The notes beneath the pieces were generated by a model. That model made no database searches, was not told the DNA's origin, and saw nothing but the letters and a program-made list of their open reading frames with translations. Shown here one piece after another: positions 62,336 through 64,000 of a stretch of 64,000 bases of DNA. The DNA is from Bacteroidota bacterium (lineage in GTDB: Bacteria; Bacteroidota; Bacteroidia; 2-12-FULL-35-15), in the NCBI GenBank assembly GCA_947476185.1, contig CANJPX010000002.1, positions 2,810 through 66,809 of the forward strand. Reading direction: 5' to 3'. A program made the position numbers and the translations under genes. How positions within the stretch are numbered: the stretch's first letter is position 1; each line of letters begins with the position of its first letter.

Positions 62336-63052
62336 ATGATATCCGTACATAATTTACATAAAAATTTTGGGAAACTGAAAGTATTGGATGACGTAAATGT
62401 TACATTAGAAGCAGGACAAGTTGTTGCACTGATCGGACCTAACGGTTCCGGAAAAACAACTTTTATTCGTTCCATTTTGGGAATGGTAAAACCTGAACAA
62501 GGTAGTATTCTTTATAATGGCGAAGAGATTCTAAAAGCATGGAAATATCGTGAAAACATTGGCTATATGCCGCAATTAGCAAAATTTCCTGAACGCATCC
62601 AAGTCAAAGAATTATTAGACATGATGAAGGATATTAGAAATAATAACAAAGTTGATAATATTGATGAAGAGCTGATTGAATTATTTGACTTGAAAAAAAT
62701 ATATCAAAAAAGAACAGGAACACTTTCAGGTGGAACGAAACAAAAAGTAAGTGCTGCGCTAACATTTTTATTTAATCCGAATGTTCTTATTTTGGATGAG
62801 CCGACAACAGGTCTTGATCCGGTTTCTGCAGAGATCCTTAAAAATAAGATAACCAAGGAGCAGTCAAAACAAAAACTTGTGCTTATCACATCACACATAT
62901 TAAGTGATATTGAAGAAGTGGCTTCTCATGTAATGTATTTGCATGAAGGTAAATTACAATTTGTGAAAAGCATCGAGCAACTAAAAATGGAAACTCAGGA
63001 AGTGAGCTTGAATAAAGCCATTGTTAAAATAATGCAACAAGAAATTAAATAG
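62336..63052 (+). CDS. nosF: ABC transporter ATP-binding protein NosF
   Basis: GPNGSGKTT Walker A, LSGGTKQK signature, ILDEPTTGLD Walker B. Start at ATG 62336 (the ORF track began at an upstream TTG). Confidence 0.8.
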   Translation: MISVHNLHKNFGKLKVLDDVNVTLEAGQVVALIGPNGSGKTTFIRSILGMVKPEQGSILYNGEEILKAWKYRENIGYMPQLAKFPERIQVKELLDMMKDIRNNNKVDNIDEELIELFDLKKIYQKRTGTLSGGTKQKVSAALTFLFNPNVLILDEPTTGLDPVSAEILKNKITKEQSKQKLVLITSHILSDIEEVASHVMYLHEGKLQFVKSIEQLKMETQEVSLNKAIVKIMQQEIK

Positions 63053-63061
63053 AAAAACAGA

Positions 63062-63829
63062 ATGAGTAGAATTATAAAATATGTAATGTTTGATATCCTT
63101 CGAAATAGGTTTGTGATCGGATACTGCCTATTTATTATGCTGATTACTTTCGGCTTATTGGGACTTGAAGAAGGAAGCTCAAAATCCACACTCAGCTTAC
63201 TGAATATCGTTCTGCTGGTTGTTCCGCTTATCAGTGTTGTATTTGCGACTATCCATTTTTATAACTCTTACGAATTTATGGAACTATTACTTTCCCAACC
63301 GGTTCGCAGATCAACAATAATTTACAGTGAATATTTTGGTGTCAGCGGTTCCCTTTCATTTGCATTCGCTGTTGGAATGGGTGTTCCATTAATATTTCTG
63401 AATCAAGGTTTGGTTTCTGTTTATTTATTATTGAGTGGAATTGTGCTCACATTTGTTTTCGTTTCCATTGCTTTGCTTGGTGCAGTAAACTCTAAAGATA
63501 AGGCACGCGGTATAGGAACATCGTTATTGCTTTGGTTTTTCTTTACCGCTATATATGATGGTTTAGTCTTGCTGATAATGTTTAGTTTTAGTGACTATCC
63601 GATAGAAAAATATTTATTGGCATTCATCTCTTTAAACCCAATAGACCTGGCAAGGGTGGCCATTCTGCTTCAAATGGATACAGCGGTATTAATGGGATAT
63701 ACAGGAGCAGTTTTTAGTGAATTTTTCAACAGTTGGGAAGGATTAATATTTGCATCAGGACTACTATTATTATGGGCGATCCTTCCAATGCTATTAACAG
63801 TAAGAATATTTAAGAGAAAAGATCTATGA
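63062..63829 (+). CDS. nosY: ABC-2-type permease NosY
   Basis: 255 aa, 6 TM helices. Follows nosF. Confidence 0.75.
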   Translation: MSRIIKYVMFDILRNRFVIGYCLFIMLITFGLLGLEEGSSKSTLSLLNIVLLVVPLISVVFATIHFYNSYEFMELLLSQPVRRSTIIYSEYFGVSGSLSFAFAVGMGVPLIFLNQGLVSVYLLLSGIVLTFVFVSIALLGAVNSKDKARGIGTSLLLWFFFTAIYDGLVLLIMFSFSDYPIEKYLLAFISLNPIDLARVAILLQMDTAVLMGYTGAVFSEFFNSWEGLIFASGLLLLWAILPMLLTVRIFKRKDL

Positions 63830-64000
63830 TAAGGATAAATAACACCTGGATTAAAATTGCATTATTGAATTTTTTGATTGTAGCTACTTTAGGTACATTT
63901 TTGAGATTTGCATTTATTAAGGAACTCACTTGGATGGATTACCTGCATTTCCAAACTGCACATTGGCATTTAGCCGTCTTTGGCTGGATCTATCAGGCAA
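63826..64000 (+). CDS. membrane protein, 3' partial (continues past the window); ATGA overlap with nosY
   Basis: Hand translation MIRINNTWIKIALLNFLIVATLGTFLRFAFIKELTWMDYLHFQTAHWHLAVFGW..; open to the window end. Confidence 0.4.
   Translation, partial: MIRINNTWIKIALLNFLIVATLGTFLRFAFIKELTWMDYLHFQTAHWHLAVFGWIYQA

Overview
The sequence is low-GC (~36%) and looks like Bacteroidota chromosome. Three exported proteins end in T9SS (type IX secretion) C-terminal sorting domains; a TAnnTTTG-type promoter -7 box was seen upstream of one gene (queD); there are no obvious Shine-Dalgarno sequences. About 58 protein genes are called. Most are housekeeping: TlpA-like thioredoxin (5' partial), lpxH, gap, lipA, ung, alaS, hldD, fabD, hutU, eno, gltA, rlmB, rmuC, pheT and tex. 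A futalosine-type menaquinone gene pair (mqnD-mqnB) and a UbiD-family decarboxylase are present, as is a queD-folE pair. The clearest accessory block is at the 3' end (56.8-64 kb): a clade-II, Sec-type nitrous-oxide reductase cluster (fasciclin gene, cytochrome c nosC, nosZ, nosB, nosL, nosD, nosF, nosY). It has an internal hairpin terminator after nosZ and a 600-bp regulatory region upstream. Other notable content: (1) two families of small non-coding inverted-repeat elements in intergenic gaps, a GC-rich 'ATGCATT-CCCCTCTCGAGAGGGG' hairpin family and a MITE-like (miniature inverted-repeat element) TTGTCAyTyTGAG-TIR (terminal inverted repeat) element, including a 241-bp composite element with a 101-bp tandem duplication; (2) a PETase/cutinase-like alpha/beta hydrolase and an M1 peptidase carrying T9SS sorting domains; (3) an exported protein with an extreme Trp/Tyr/His-rich block; (4) tandem paralogous mini-lipoproteins; (5) a translationally coupled rmuC-GWxTD gene pair; (6) a membrane-anchored MutS-like ATPase and several orphan proteins of unknown function. 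No rRNA, tRNA, CRISPR array, transposase or integrase was recognised.
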